Assembly (NCBI GenBank): GCA_001799575.1
Contig: MGTT01000015.1
Span: 76,801-140,800 of the forward strand
Direction of reading: 5' to 3'
Length of the DNA: 64,000 nucleotides
DNA from: Elusimicrobia bacterium GWA2_56_46
GTDB taxonomy: Bacteria > Elusimicrobiota > Elusimicrobia > Elusimicrobiales > UBA9959
Below the pieces are notes generated by a model. The model searched no databases. It had not been told where the DNA came from and saw nothing but the letters and a program-made list of their open reading frames with translations. This document shows, piece by piece, positions 52,909 through 64,000 of this stretch. The position numbers and the translations under genes are program-made. Numbering within the stretch: the first letter of the stretch is position 1; every line of letters begins with the position of its first letter.

Positions 52909-53400
52909 TCATAGGAAAACCATCTTCTTTATAAGCCCGGTGGAGGAGCGTCCTCTCACCAGGGGAACCCGCACGGTCCGGCCGGCGAATTCCCGGCCTA
53001 CGATCTTCCCGTTAATGTAATCCGCGCCCTTCACAAGAATGTCCGGCTTCAGAGCTTTCAGAAGTTCATGGGGCGTATCCTGGGAAAAAGAAACGACCAG
53101 ATCCACGGCCGAGAGCGCCGCCAGAACCCGGGCCCTGTCACCAAGACGGTTCAGGGGCCTGGCCGGCCCCTTTAACCTGCGGACGGAGGCGTCCGAATTA
53201 AGACCCACTATCAGGATATCGCCCAGCGACCTGGACTTCTCCAGCAGGGCCACGTGGCCCGCGTGGAGGAGATCGAAACAGCCGTTGGTGAAAACCGTTT
53301 TTTTTCCGGATAAAGCGGCCCGCCGCCTGGCGGCGAGCGCCCTTTTGAGCGTCACTATCTTGTGTTTTGTGTCCATAATCAAGGCAGGGTATGGGATCAC
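52909..53400 (-). CDS. rfaE: D-glycero-beta-D-manno-heptose 1-phosphate adenylyltransferase (RfaE/HldE domain II)
   Basis: [14 protein letters not shown] cytidylyltransferase motif. Confidence 0.85.
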   Translation of the reverse strand: MIPYPALIMDTKHKIVTLKRALAARRRAALSGKKTVFTNGCFDLLHAGHVALLEKSRSLGDILIVGLNSDASVRRLKGPARPLNRLGDRARVLAALSAVDLVVSFSQDTPHELLKALKPDILVKGADYINGKIVGREFAGRTVRVPLVRGRSSTGLIKKMVFL

Positions 53401-54749
53401 TGTCTGCTTTTCAGCAGCCTCTCCATAAATCCGGTATCTACGTCTCCGGTCTGGAATTCCGGAGAATCCACGATCATCTTATGAACATCTATCGTGGTGG
53501 ACAAGCCGCCGACCCTGAATTCTCCCAGCGCGCGCCGGGAGCGGGCTATGGCGGCGGCGCGATCCGGGCCCCACACGATAAGCTTGGCAAGCATGCTGTC
53601 ATAATAAATGGGCAGCGTATAGCCATGGTACATATGGGTGTCCAGCCTGATGCCGGGCCCGCCCGGGACGATCCATTCCTCTATGCGGCCGACCGAGGGG
53701 GCGAAATTCCTGGAAAAATCTTCGGCGTTGATACGGTGTTCTATGGCGTGGCCGTCAAAAGCGGACGCCCGGGCGCGGGACAGGCTGAGCTTCTCCCCCG
53801 CCGCGATAAGAACCTGTTCCCTGACCAGGTCGGTCCGGGTTATGGTTTCGGTCACGGGATGCTCCACCTGCAGGCGCGTGTTGACTTCCATGAAGTAGAA
53901 ATTCTTTTCCCGGTCCATCAGGAATTCCACCGTTCCCACGCCCACATACCCGGCGGTATCGGCCAGGCTGATGGCGGCCTCCTCGAGCCTGCCCCGGAGC
54001 TTCTGATTTACCGCCGGGGAAGGGGATTCCTCCAGCAGCTTCTGGTGACGGCGCTGTATGGAACAGTCGCGCTCGGGGAATGCGATAGCGTTGCCCATGG
54101 AGTCGCGGGCGAATTGCACCTCGACATGGCGCGGACAGTCTATGTATTTTTCAAAGTACACGTCGCCGTTACTGAACGCGGCCTTGGCCTCGGAGGACGC
54201 CATCTCGAACTCATGATTAAGCTTTTCTTTCTCCCGCACGATCCTGATGCCCTTGCCGCCGCCGCCGGCCGCGGCTTTGATCATAATGGGAAAGCCGATC
54301 TTTTCGGCTTCTTTCAGATAATCTTTTGTGACACAGTCCCGGGTGCCCGGCGTGACCGGAATGCCGCCCTTTACGGCTATTTTGCGGGCGCTGGACTTAT
54401 GGCCTAGCATCTCTATGGCCCTGGGACTGGGGCCTATAAAAACTATGCCGTTCTCTACGCAGGCGGCTGAAAAAACGGGGTTTTCCGACAGAAAGCCGTA
54501 GCCGGGGTGGATCGCTTCGGCGCCCGTCACTTTTGCCGCAGAGATCACGGCTGGGATATGAAGATAACTCTCCCTGGCCATGGCGGGGCCGATGCAGACG
54601 GCCTCGTCCGCTTCGCGCACGTGCAGACAGGCGCGGTCGGCCTCGGAATAAACGGCCACCGACCTTATCCCCATCTCTTTCAGCGTGCGGATAACCCTTA
54701 TGGCGATCTCGCCGCGATTGGCGACTAAAATCTTTTTAAACATAAACAC
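53397..54749 (-). CDS. accC: acetyl-CoA carboxylase biotin carboxylase subunit
   Basis: [19 protein letters not shown]-grasp motifs. Confidence 0.92.
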   Translation of the reverse strand: MFMFKKILVANRGEIAIRVIRTLKEMGIRSVAVYSEADRACLHVREADEAVCIGPAMARESYLHIPAVISAAKVTGAEAIHPGYGFLSENPVFSAACVENGIVFIGPSPRAIEMLGHKSSARKIAVKGGIPVTPGTRDCVTKDYLKEAEKIGFPIMIKAAAGGGGKGIRIVREKEKLNHEFEMASSEAKAAFSNGDVYFEKYIDCPRHVEVQFARDSMGNAIAFPERDCSIQRRHQKLLEESPSPAVNQKLRGRLEEAAISLADTAGYVGVGTVEFLMDREKNFYFMEVNTRLQVEHPVTETITRTDLVREQVLIAAGEKLSLSRARASAFDGHAIEHRINAEDFSRNFAPSVGRIEEWIVPGGPGIRLDTHMYHGYTLPIYYDSMLAKLIVWGPDRAAAIARSRRALGEFRVGGLSTTIDVHKMIVDSPEFQTGDVDTGFMERLLKSRQ

Positions 54750-54782
54750 GTGCCTCCCGGAACGACTTTATTGAATCCGCTT

Positions 54783-56438
54783 CTACTTTCGCGGGCCAGC
54801 CCCATTCTGGGCGGGTAAAATGCCCCTTTCAAGCCTGACCTTCCCGGTCCAGAGGTTGACTACGAACACATATATGTCCTTTACCTCTTTCTGCCGGGCG
54901 CGCGGCTCTATGGTTTCCTGTCTGAGCACCACCCGGTACTCCGGCCCCGCGAGATGCGCCGCTATCCAGTTATCTTTCGGCGCGTAGCGCGCGTTTTTGG
55001 GGCCCCGCCCGGCCGCGGTTCCGCTGAGTTCGCGGCGCCTCAATTCTCCGAACGAGGGCAGGCCGGGGCCCGGCCTCGTCCCCTGGGCGAAAGAAATGGC
55101 GTCGGCCCGGGCGTCCCCGTTCATGAACCGCAGGCGTTTTACGACTTCCCCGCGGTTCGCGTCCCCCAGGCAGATCCCGTCGGCCCGGAGCATCACATCG
55201 AGAGCGGAATCATACATCTTTAACTGCACGAAAGCGTCCGCCTGGCTTAAAAAAATCGGGCATTGCTCTTTCAGGGGGAATCCTTCGGCCCCAAGCAGAT
55301 CGCCGTATTCCTCCAGCGCAGATTTGAATTTACCCGTGAAACGCAGACTGTCCGCGTAATAGAATTTGTACCATAAAATTTCCTCCGGACTGAAGCCTAC
55401 GGGGAAAGTCCCGGCCGAAAGAACGGTCTTCCTGCAGGAATCGGCGGATTTATCGTAAAGCCCCATAAAAAACTCCGCCACGCACAGGTAACCGGAGGTG
55501 CGGGGATCGAGCGGATCCGTAAGGTAAAGTTTCTGCGCCAGGAAAAGCGCCTGCGGATAATCCTGGCCGGCAAGGGCCTGGTCTATCGGCTCGAAAAGCA
55601 TCCAGATATACGGCCGGGTCCACTTGCCATGTTCTTTCACGAAAGAGATATAGTCCGGATGCCAGGGCCCGGTACCCTCCCTGAGCTGGTATTTTACCAT
55701 GGCGGCATCGGGCTCCATTGCGGACACTTCCACGTCCCTGAACTCCCAGGCCGGGATCTTTCCGTAATACTCCCTGCTGTAGCCGACATAATCTTTCATC
55801 GAACAAGCCGCCTTGGAATTGGTGGAAAGGAGCGCGTAGGCTTCCTCATACCGGCCGGCGGCAAGTTTCTTCAGGTAGCTGTCGGCGGCCATTTTGAGGG
55901 AAAACCTGGGGATGTAAGGCGCTGCGATGAGATAAAGGAAAAAAGCCAGTACGGCAAGCAGTCCGGCGACTAGAAGCGCGTTATAAATATTCCCGGTCTT
56001 GCGGCTGGCGGGTGCGCGCTCCGGCAGAGCCGGCGCCGAAGTTATTACCCTGGACCGAGGCTGGGGCGGCTCGTGAGGGATCTCGCCCGGAGGACGCTCC
56101 CTGAAAGAGGCTTCCTTTTCAGAAACCGTGTCCTGAATCGGCTGCATCTCGAACTGAAATCCGGGTTTTTCGGGCCGCTTCTCTTCTTTCGGTGAAGGCG
56201 GAACGGTTTTTTCCGGCTCCCGCGCGGCGCTTGCCGGCCCCGCGGCCGGCTGCGCCCTCAATGCCAGAAGGCCTCCGCACTGGTCGCAGTAATTCTTCTC
56301 CACCGCGTTGGCGAAACCGCACTCGCCGCAGATCTTCTCAAGCCTGGCTCCGCATTTGAAACAGGTGTCGCTGATGATATTGGAAATATATCCGCACTTC
56401 TGGCATTTTATTACGGAGGATTTCTGCGCCATAGTCAA
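54783..56438 (-). CDS. double zinc-ribbon / single-TM / TPR-like hypothetical protein
   Basis: CQKCG..CFKCG..CGECG..CDQCG, Pro-rich linker, TM, helical-repeat C-terminus. Confidence 0.55.
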   Translation of the reverse strand: MTMAQKSSVIKCQKCGYISNIISDTCFKCGARLEKICGECGFANAVEKNYCDQCGGLLALRAQPAAGPASAAREPEKTVPPSPKEEKRPEKPGFQFEMQPIQDTVSEKEASFRERPPGEIPHEPPQPRSRVITSAPALPERAPASRKTGNIYNALLVAGLLAVLAFFLYLIAAPYIPRFSLKMAADSYLKKLAAGRYEEAYALLSTNSKAACSMKDYVGYSREYYGKIPAWEFRDVEVSAMEPDAAMVKYQLREGTGPWHPDYISFVKEHGKWTRPYIWMLFEPIDQALAGQDYPQALFLAQKLYLTDPLDPRTSGYLCVAEFFMGLYDKSADSCRKTVLSAGTFPVGFSPEEILWYKFYYADSLRFTGKFKSALEEYGDLLGAEGFPLKEQCPIFLSQADAFVQLKMYDSALDVMLRADGICLGDANRGEVVKRLRFMNGDARADAISFAQGTRPGPGLPSFGELRRRELSGTAAGRGPKNARYAPKDNWIAAHLAGPEYRVVLRQETIEPRARQKEVKDIYVFVVNLWTGKVRLERGILPAQNGAGPRK

Positions 56439-56465
56439 TAGTCGGTAACCAGTACCGCATAGTAA

Positions 56466-56495
56466 CCGGTTACCGGTTACCGATTACCGGATACC
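56466..56495. repeat. heptamer tandem repeat (CCGGTTA x4, degenerate)
   Basis: CCGGTTA CCGGTTA CCGATTA CCGGATA CC, 28 nt upstream of the zinc-ribbon gene start. Confidence 0.6.
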
Positions 56496-56507
56496 TCAGT
56501 ATATTCT

Positions 56508-56897
56508 TTACTTGGGTTCTATGAAAAACAACGGCTGGCCGTACTCCACGGCCTGGCCGTCTTCCACGGAGATTATCTTTATAACCCCGTCAACCGGGGC
56601 CGGCACCGGCTTCAATTCTTTCGCCGCGGCCACCACGCCGAGTTCCGCGCCTTTTTTCACGGTCATCCCCTCTTTAAGGACGGCCGCCTTGCCGGGATGG
56701 GCGAAGCGGAAAACACCGATGGAGGGGGAGCACACCGGGGTTATAGTGGAGGAAAACTTGTTATGCGATTCCGGGGAATTATTGACCTTAAGACTGATCT
56801 TGCTCTCGCCATTCCTCCAGGTTATCTCCTCCAGGTCGGTGGATTCCATCCACTTGGTTATCTTGCCGAGACTTTTGATATCCATAATTGCCTCCAT
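56508..56897 (-). CDS. accB: biotin carboxyl carrier protein (AccB-like) with non-canonical biotinylation motif
   Basis: C-terminal biotinyl domain aligns with E. coli AccB, but EAMKM is replaced by AAAKE. Confidence 0.7.
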   Translation of the reverse strand: MEAIMDIKSLGKITKWMESTDLEEITWRNGESKISLKVNNSPESHNKFSSTITPVCSPSIGVFRFAHPGKAAVLKEGMTVKKGAELGVVAAAKELKPVPAPVDGVIKIISVEDGQAVEYGQPLFFIEPK

Positions 56898-56903
56898 AAC
56901 TCT

Positions 56904-57359
56904 TTACAGGCCCGCTTCCGAGGGGTTGAAGGGCTTGGGCAGCAGCTGGGAAGCCCTTATATACGTCACCTTTTCTTTCTTTTCAAGCGGCTGCCAGTCC
57001 ACAAGGATCATCTCCGCGTCCCTGAGCGCGAACTCCACGATGACCTGGCGGCAGGCCCCGCAGGGCCTGGCGGACTTGGCCGCCACGCAGACGGCGCGCA
57101 ATTTTTTTTCTCCATGGCTCACGGCGTTGAAGACGGCTACCCGCTCGGCGCAGCAGGCCAGGCCGAACGAAGCGTTTTCCACGTTACAGCCGGTATAGAT
57201 CCTGCCGGATTCGGCCAGCACGGCCGCGCCCACGGGATAGCGGGAATAAGGGGAATAAGAATTTTTCTGGGCGTTCCTGGCCGCCTGGATGAGTTTTTTC
57301 CTGATGGCGGAGGCCCAGGTCTTTCTGCTCGCCTTATGGCCCCTGGATTTTTTTTTCAT
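56904..57359 (-). CDS. cdd: cytidine deaminase
   Basis: CAERVA and PCGACRQ zinc-binding motifs. Confidence 0.88.
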   Translation of the reverse strand: MKKKSRGHKASRKTWASAIRKKLIQAARNAQKNSYSPYSRYPVGAAVLAESGRIYTGCNVENASFGLACCAERVAVFNAVSHGEKKLRAVCVAAKSARPCGACRQVIVEFALRDAEMILVDWQPLEKKEKVTYIRASQLLPKPFNPSEAGL

Positions 57360-58213
57360 ATCATGAATTTCAGCGCCCGGTACGTTTTGGGCGGAAAATT
57401 TTCCCTGAGGGTCAGAATGGAGGTTTTTACGAATTCGGGGCAGGAATTGGCGCAGGGGGCGCCGGCCGCCATAGGAATGACTTTCACCAGCAGGCGGCGG
57501 ATGTTTTCTACGTTTTTCTTCAGGGTCGCGGTCACTTGTTCCTGATCCACTTCCTCGCCCTCCTTCCAGCAGTCGTAATCGGTCACAAGCGAGACCGGCG
57601 CGTAATGGAAGCCGGCTTCGCGGGCCAGCTTGGCCTCCGTGGCCACGGTCATGCCTATGATGGAATAGCCCAGTTTTCTGTGATACAGGGATTCGGCCCT
57701 GGTGGAAAAACCAGGACCCTCCATACAGACATACACGCCGCCTAAATGGGACTTGATGCCCAGTTTTACGGCCTCCTTGTGCATTATCGAGGAAAGCGCC
57801 ATGCAGAAAGGCTCGGCAAAAGGCACATGTCCCACTATGCCGGCGCCGAAAAAAGTGGAAACACGGCCCTTGGTCTCATCCACGAACTGATCGGGAAACA
57901 CGAAGTGGGCCGGCGCAAGTTCCGCTTTCAGGGAACCAACGGCGCTGGCGGAAATTATGGTCTTAACTCCCAGGGATTTAAGGGCCCACATATTAGCCCG
58001 GTGATTTATCTCCCCGGGCAGAATGGCGTGTTTGCGGCCGTGGCGGGGCAGGAAAGCCACGGGCGTACCGGCAAGGGAACCCAGGATAATGCTGTCGGAA
58101 GGCCTGCCGAAAGGGGTTTTTATGCCTATCTCCCTGACCCCTTTCAACTCCTTCATCGCGTAAAGTCCGCTTCCGCCTATCACAGCCGTGCCGGCCACGG
58201 GTTTTTTAGTCAT
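57356..58213 (-). CDS. mtnP: S-methyl-5'-thioadenosine phosphorylase / purine nucleoside phosphorylase
   Basis: AVIGGSGLY N-terminus, PNP_UDP fold motifs. Confidence 0.85.
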   Translation of the reverse strand: MTKKPVAGTAVIGGSGLYAMKELKGVREIGIKTPFGRPSDSIILGSLAGTPVAFLPRHGRKHAILPGEINHRANMWALKSLGVKTIISASAVGSLKAELAPAHFVFPDQFVDETKGRVSTFFGAGIVGHVPFAEPFCMALSSIMHKEAVKLGIKSHLGGVYVCMEGPGFSTRAESLYHRKLGYSIIGMTVATEAKLAREAGFHYAPVSLVTDYDCWKEGEEVDQEQVTATLKKNVENIRRLLVKVIPMAAGAPCANSCPEFVKTSILTLRENFPPKTYRALKFMI

Positions 58214-58332
58214 AATATCTCCTCAAAAGCCGCAAAATCCGCGTAAGAACGAAACCGGCCCCATAATATAGATTCTATAATAATTGAAAGCCGAAACGGA
58301 AGTGATTAGTGACTATCACTATCCACTAACCA

Positions 58333-59583
<1,251 letters not shown>

Positions 59584-59604
59584 AGATATCTCCTTAAACC
59601 CCTG

Positions 59605-60768
59605 CTATTTTACCTCTTTTTTCTCCAGCTTATCCAGGACGGCGTCCACCGCTTTCTTTATCAGGCGGAAAGTCTCAAAATAAAAGATCTCTTCCCTGCC
59701 GAAAGGGTCTGAAACTTCGCCGTTGCCGAACCCGGCATACTCCACCAGCGTATATGTTTTGTCGAAAGCGGCGGGGAATTTTTCCAGGATAGCCGCTTTG
59801 TGGGCGTGCGTCATGGCAAGTATCAGGCCGGCGTCTTCAACCAGTTCCGGGGTGATCTGGACAGGAATGTGGGTAAAGTCCGGCGCTCCCTCTTTTTTCA
59901 GCAGTTCTTTCACCGGCGGCGGGGTGGGAACGGCCCCCCCCGCGGACAGACCGCTTGACGTAAAAGTCAGGTCAAATTCCCGGTCGGCGGCCGCCTTGGC
60001 CGCGTAATAATGGGCCATCACGCTCCGGCAGGTGTTCCCGGTGCACACGAACATCACCGTCATGCCGCCCGGCCTCTGCGGCGCGTTCTCGTCCTCTCTA
60101 AAGGAGGGCCGGCGCAAAAGGATTACGATCTCGCCCTTGACCTCTTTGACCCCGGCCAGCCTGTCACGAAGCTCAGCGGCCGTCCCCTTAAACCATTCCT
60201 CGTATACCTTGGTGAGTTCGCGGGCCATGACGACCCGGGTATCGGGGCCAAACTTTTCGCAGACCAGTCCGGCAAATTTTTTTATCCTGAAAGGCGATTC
60301 GTAAAGTATGATGGTTTTTTCAAGCTCAAAAGCCCTTTCAAGCGCTTGCACTATCTTGCCGCGCGCCCTGGGCAGAAATCCCAGAAAAACGAAAGAATCC
60401 GCCGGAAAACCCGAACCGGCCGCCGCGGTCACCACGGCCGAGGGACCGGGCAGGGCCGTTACCGGAATGCCCTCCGCGCGGGCCAGCGCAACCAGCTTCC
60501 GGCCGGGATCCGAAACGCAGGGCATGCCGCCGTCGGAAACAAGCGCCACGTTCTTCCCCTGGCGTAAAAACCCGGCGGCCTCCGCAAGCGACCGCTCATC
60601 ATGCTCGTTGTAGCGAACCAGCTTTTTGGCGATGGCGTACCGCGCCATCAGTTTGGCCGTGCGGCGGGTGTCTTCGCAGAGCACCAGATCCGCCGAGCGC
60701 AGCGCTTTGATCGCGCGCACAGTTATGTCTTCCAGATTGCCTAAAGGGGTGGGGACGATGGTAAGCAT
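59605..60768 (-). CDS. rsmI: 16S rRNA C1402 2'-O-methyltransferase RsmI fused to a low-molecular-weight protein phosphatase domain
   Basis: N-terminal MLTIVPTPLGNLEDIT (RsmI); C-terminal MFVCTGNTCRS P-loop (CX5R) plus a DPFG motif. Confidence 0.8.
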   Translation of the reverse strand: MLTIVPTPLGNLEDITVRAIKALRSADLVLCEDTRRTAKLMARYAIAKKLVRYNEHDERSLAEAAGFLRQGKNVALVSDGGMPCVSDPGRKLVALARAEGIPVTALPGPSAVVTAAAGSGFPADSFVFLGFLPRARGKIVQALERAFELEKTIILYESPFRIKKFAGLVCEKFGPDTRVVMARELTKVYEEWFKGTAAELRDRLAGVKEVKGEIVILLRRPSFREDENAPQRPGGMTVMFVCTGNTCRSVMAHYYAAKAAADREFDLTFTSSGLSAGGAVPTPPPVKELLKKEGAPDFTHIPVQITPELVEDAGLILAMTHAHKAAILEKFPAAFDKTYTLVEYAGFGNGEVSDPFGREEIFYFETFRLIKKAVDAVLDKLEKKEVK

Positions 60769-62027
60769 GGTTCTTCCCATTCCTTGCTCTCAAGTTTAAG
60801 GAAAGCCTCCACTACCTTGGGGTCGAACTGTTTGCCGGCGCCCTTGGTGAGTTCGGAGATGCCTATCTCCCGGGAAAGCGCTTTGCGGTAGGGGCGGTCG
60901 CTCATCATGGCGTCCCAGGCGTCTATCGTAGCCACTATCCTGGCGCCCAGCGGGATCTCTTCGCCTTTAAGGCCCTCGGGGTAGCCCATGCCGTTATACC
61001 ACTCCTGGTGATAAAGAACCATCTGGGCGACGGGACCCAGGAAATGGATGGGGGAAAGGATCTGGTAGCCTATCGCCGGATGTTTTTTGATCTCTGAATA
61101 CTCCGCGTCGGTCAGGCGGCCGGGTTTGGAAAGAATGGATCCGTCTATCCCTATCTTGCCGATGTCGTGGAGGAGGGCGGCATATTCCACGTATTTTATC
61201 ATCTGCTCCGGCATATGGAGCTCTTCGGAAAGCGCGCGCGCCTTATGGCGGGCGCGGCCCGCATGATCTCCGGTGTAGGCGTCTTTCGCGTCGATCACGC
61301 GCGCCAGAGTCTGCACCATCTCCAGGTAAAAATTCTCGATGCTCTCGTAAAGCTTGATATTCTCCAGCGTGATGGCCGACTCGCCGGCCAGCAGAGTCAG
61401 GAACTTCAGGTCGTAATCGGTGAAGGACTCTTTCTCGCGCGGAAGGTGCAGATTAAGAACGCCGAACGGTTTGTCTTTTACTTTCAGCGGCAGCGCGATG
61501 AACGGCTCTTTCTGCTCCTCGCCGCCTATGAAATCCTTGTACTGGGTGTTCTGTTCCGGATCCGTGACAAAAATGGTCTCGCCGGTCTGGAACGCGCGCC
61601 CGCCTATGCCCTGTCCCGGCTTGATACAGGTGCTCTCTATCACTTCGCGCGAGATGTTCTTTGAAGCCACTATCTTAAGCTCTTTGGTCGCTTCGTCAAA
61701 GATCATCAACGAGCCGCGGGGGGAATGGATCAGGTCGCAGGCGCTTTCCACCACGGTCTGAAAAAACTCCTCTTTCTTTGTGGAACCCGCGTTGACTATG
61801 CCTATTTCATGGATGGTAAGAAGACTGGTCAGCAGCTCATCGAACTTGTTCCAGGTGTTCTTCAGGGAGGCGTCCCGCGCTTCCGTCTCCGAGCCTGTTT
61901 TTCCCAGCTTCAGGGCGTAGACCTTATTCAGCAGATAGCCGATAACGGCCAGGAGCAGCGCTGCCAGGGCGGCCAATGTGTAGATCATCGCCTCATAACA
62001 ATAGCAAAAATATTTCCCAAGGGGCAA
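60741..62027 (-). CDS. membrane-anchored GAF plus HD-GYP domain protein
   Basis: N-terminal TM, GAF-like middle, HDIGKI / HPAIGY / GMGYPEGL. Confidence 0.8.
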   Translation of the reverse strand: MPLGKYFCYCYEAMIYTLAALAALLLAVIGYLLNKVYALKLGKTGSETEARDASLKNTWNKFDELLTSLLTIHEIGIVNAGSTKKEEFFQTVVESACDLIHSPRGSLMIFDEATKELKIVASKNISREVIESTCIKPGQGIGGRAFQTGETIFVTDPEQNTQYKDFIGGEEQKEPFIALPLKVKDKPFGVLNLHLPREKESFTDYDLKFLTLLAGESAITLENIKLYESIENFYLEMVQTLARVIDAKDAYTGDHAGRARHKARALSEELHMPEQMIKYVEYAALLHDIGKIGIDGSILSKPGRLTDAEYSEIKKHPAIGYQILSPIHFLGPVAQMVLYHQEWYNGMGYPEGLKGEEIPLGARIVATIDAWDAMMSDRPYRKALSREIGISELTKGAGKQFDPKVVEAFLKLESKEWEEPCLPSSPPL

Positions 62028-62184
62028 CCAGGGGGAAAGGATGAGGGATTAAGGCTAAAGGCTAAAGGGCAGAAAAAACACTTATGTTTTATCTGTCTTC
62101 TCCTTCATCCCTCATCCTTTAGCCTTCATCCTTTAGCCTTTCCGCATTTGTCAGGCGGCGCTCAAATAAATATAATTAGGGGAC

Positions 62185-62898
62185 ATGAGCACTTCAAAAA
62201 CCGCCATTATCGTGCTGGGAGCCGCCGGCAGGATGGGCGCCAGGGTGGTGGAAAAAGTCCAGGGCAGCCCCGCCTGTACGCTTGCCGGCGCTTTTGACCT
62301 GAAACCCGCGCGCGGGGCCGGGCCGCTGGGCGGACTGGAAACGGCGCTTGAGACCGCGGACGTGGTAATAGATTTTACGGCCCCGGCGGCCGGCGCCGCC
62401 CACGCCGCGCTGTGCGCGCGGTATAAAAAACCCCTGGTCACGGGAACCACCGGCTTTAACGCGGCTCAGTTGACGCGCCTCGGCAAATTTTCAAAAACCA
62501 TCCCCATATTTCTCTCCCCCAACATGAGCCCCGCCGTCAACCTCGCTATCGCCGTGGCCCGCCTGATGGCCGCCAGGCTTCCCGGTTTTGACATCCATAT
62601 CAGCGAGACCCATCACAAATTTAAAAAAGACGCCCCCTCCGGTACCGCCCTCAAATACCAGGCGCGCATCAGGGAAGTCTATCCCGGGAAAGTCCCGATA
62701 ACAAGCGCGCGGGCCGGAGACATCGTGGGAGAACACACCGTTCTCTACGCCGGGCCGCACGAACGGATAGAACTCACCCACAGGGCCCATTCCAGGGACG
62801 TCTTCGCCGATGGAGCCGTGCGCGCCGCGCTCTGGCTTAAAGACCGGAAACCCGGCATATACGATTATTTCGATCTGCTGGACATCAAAAACCTATGA
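62185..62898 (+). CDS. dapB: 4-hydroxy-tetrahydrodipicolinate reductase
   Basis: VLGAAGRMG NAD motif, ETHHKFKKDAPSGTAL. Confidence 0.9.
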   Translation: MSTSKTAIIVLGAAGRMGARVVEKVQGSPACTLAGAFDLKPARGAGPLGGLETALETADVVIDFTAPAAGAAHAALCARYKKPLVTGTTGFNAAQLTRLGKFSKTIPIFLSPNMSPAVNLAIAVARLMAARLPGFDIHISETHHKFKKDAPSGTALKYQARIREVYPGKVPITSARAGDIVGEHTVLYAGPHERIELTHRAHSRDVFADGAVRAALWLKDRKPGIYDYFDLLDIKNL

Positions 62899-64000
62899 AA
62901 AAACAGGCCCTGGGGAAAACGATAGATTTATTTCCCCCTTACCTGTTCATGGATCTGGACAAAAGAAGAAAAACGGCCGTAAAGAACGGACAGGACGTTA
63001 TCTCGCTGGCGGTTGGAGACCCCGATCTGCCCACGCCCGCATCCGTCGCCAGGTTCGCGGCTAAAGAGGTTCTTAAACCGTCCAACCACCGCTACCCGGA
63101 GGGCCGCGGCACCGCCCGCCTCCGGCAGGCTATCGCCGCCTGGCACAAAAAACGCCACGGCATAGACCTGGATCCCGAAACCGAGATCCTGGCGCTGATC
63201 GGATCCAAGGAGGGGCTTGCCCACCTGCCGTTCGCGCTGATCGACCGCGGCGCCACGGCGCTGCTGCCCGACCCCTGCTATCCCGCTTATAAGACCGGCC
63301 TCCTCTTATCCGGCGCCAGAATAAAAAGACTGCCCCTCTCCGAAAATCGCGGCTTCCTGCCCGACCTGGACTCCCTGCCGGGCTCTTTTTTTAAAGGCGC
63401 TAAATTGCTGTTCCTGAACTATCCGAATAATCCCACCGGCGCGGCCGCCGATCTGAAATTTTACGCCAAAGCCGTGGCCGCCGCGAAAAAACACGGGTTC
63501 TGGATAGCCCAGGACGCGGCCTATTCCGAGGTTTTTTTTGGCAAACCCAGCCCCAGCATACTGCAGGTACCGGGCGCGAAAGACGTGGCGGTCGAAGTTT
63601 ACTCTCTCTCAAAGACCTACTGCATGACCGGCTGGCGCCTGGCCTGGATGATCGGAAACCCGGAGGCTGTGGCCGCGCTGGCCAAACTTAAGGAAAACCT
63701 GGACTCCGGCCAGTTCAACGCCATCCAGGAAACGGCCGTTTTCTGCCTTGAAAACCACGATCGGCTGGCCACCCCCATACGCGAAATTTTCCGGAAGCGG
63801 GCTGACTTTTTCACGGACGTTCTGGAAAAAGCGGGCTGGGACGTCTTCCGGCCTGGCGCCACATTTTTCGTATGGGCAAAACCGCCGGCGCGAATAGGGT
63901 CGCTGAACTGCGTCTACCGCGTACTGGAGGAGGCCTCCGTACTGATAACCCCAGGCTCCGGGTTCGGTCCGCGGGGAGAGGGATACGTACGCTTCTCACT
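62895..64000 (+). CDS. dapL: class I/II aminotransferase, probably LL-diaminopimelate aminotransferase; 3' end outside the window
   Basis: Not in the ORF track (no stop in window). ATG overlaps the dapB TGA (ATGA). My own translation reads MKKQALGKTIDLFPPYLFMDLDKRRKTAVKNGQDVISLAVGDPDLPTP... Confidence 0.7.
   Translation, partial: MKKQALGKTIDLFPPYLFMDLDKRRKTAVKNGQDVISLAVGDPDLPTPASVARFAAKEVLKPSNHRYPEGRGTARLRQAIAAWHKKRHGIDLDPETEILALIGSKEGLAHLPFALIDRGATALLPDPCYPAYKTGLLLSGARIKRLPLSENRGFLPDLDSLPGSFFKGAKLLFLNYPNNPTGAAADLKFYAKAVAAAKKHGFWIAQDAAYSEVFFGKPSPSILQVPGAKDVAVEVYSLSKTYCMTGWRLAWMIGNPEAVAALAKLKENLDSGQFNAIQETAVFCLENHDRLATPIREIFRKRADFFTDVLEKAGWDVFRPGATFFVWAKPPARIGSLNCVYRVLEEASVLITPGSGFGPRGEGYVRFS

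Overview
GC-rich bacterial chromosomal segment. The gene content fits a diderm, probably anaerobic lineage (KdsC, heptose-1-P adenylyltransferase, MacAB-TolC, ferredoxin-thioredoxin-reductase-like and Rieske proteins). The taxon cannot be assigned from sequence alone. Most of the window is housekeeping: rel, rlmN, asd, parAB with two parS-like sites, pyrC / pyrD-pyrF-pyrE, mutS-mutL-dus, macAB-tolC, tRNA-Val, fluoride riboswitch-crcB-DUF190, accB/accC, cdd, mtnP, glyA, rsmI and dapB-dapL. Small accessory islets are interspersed, and no integrase, transposase, CRISPR array or rRNA is visible anywhere in the window. (1) The strongest signal is two identical 1,111-bp higBA-type toxin-antitoxin cassettes stacked inside the 5' end of a nitroreductase gene. 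Each cassette carries a replacement promoter and gene start plus a boundary hairpin, and the original 5' end is displaced to the far side. (2) An orphan phage-186-CII-like / CI(S24)-like regulator pair sits next to a strongly promoted, terminated ~275-nt structured RNA of no family I can recognise. (3) There are several families of structured non-coding repeats: a MITE-like 283/187-bp pair bracketing an SPFH-HTH segment, a 150/221-nt long-hairpin pair (one copy splits the pyr operon), a 274-bp element with 31-bp terminal inverted repeats, and REP-like hairpin pairs. (4) A 172-nt 6S-like hairpin has its own promoter. (5) A redox cluster combines two Rieske proteins, a glutaredoxin-like protein, an FTR-like protein and a two-subunit flavoprotein. 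(6) Two in-frame fusions stand out: KdsC plus a secreted domain across an A7 tract, and RsmI plus a low-molecular-weight phosphatase. All family calls are by-eye motif recognition; no database search was possible.
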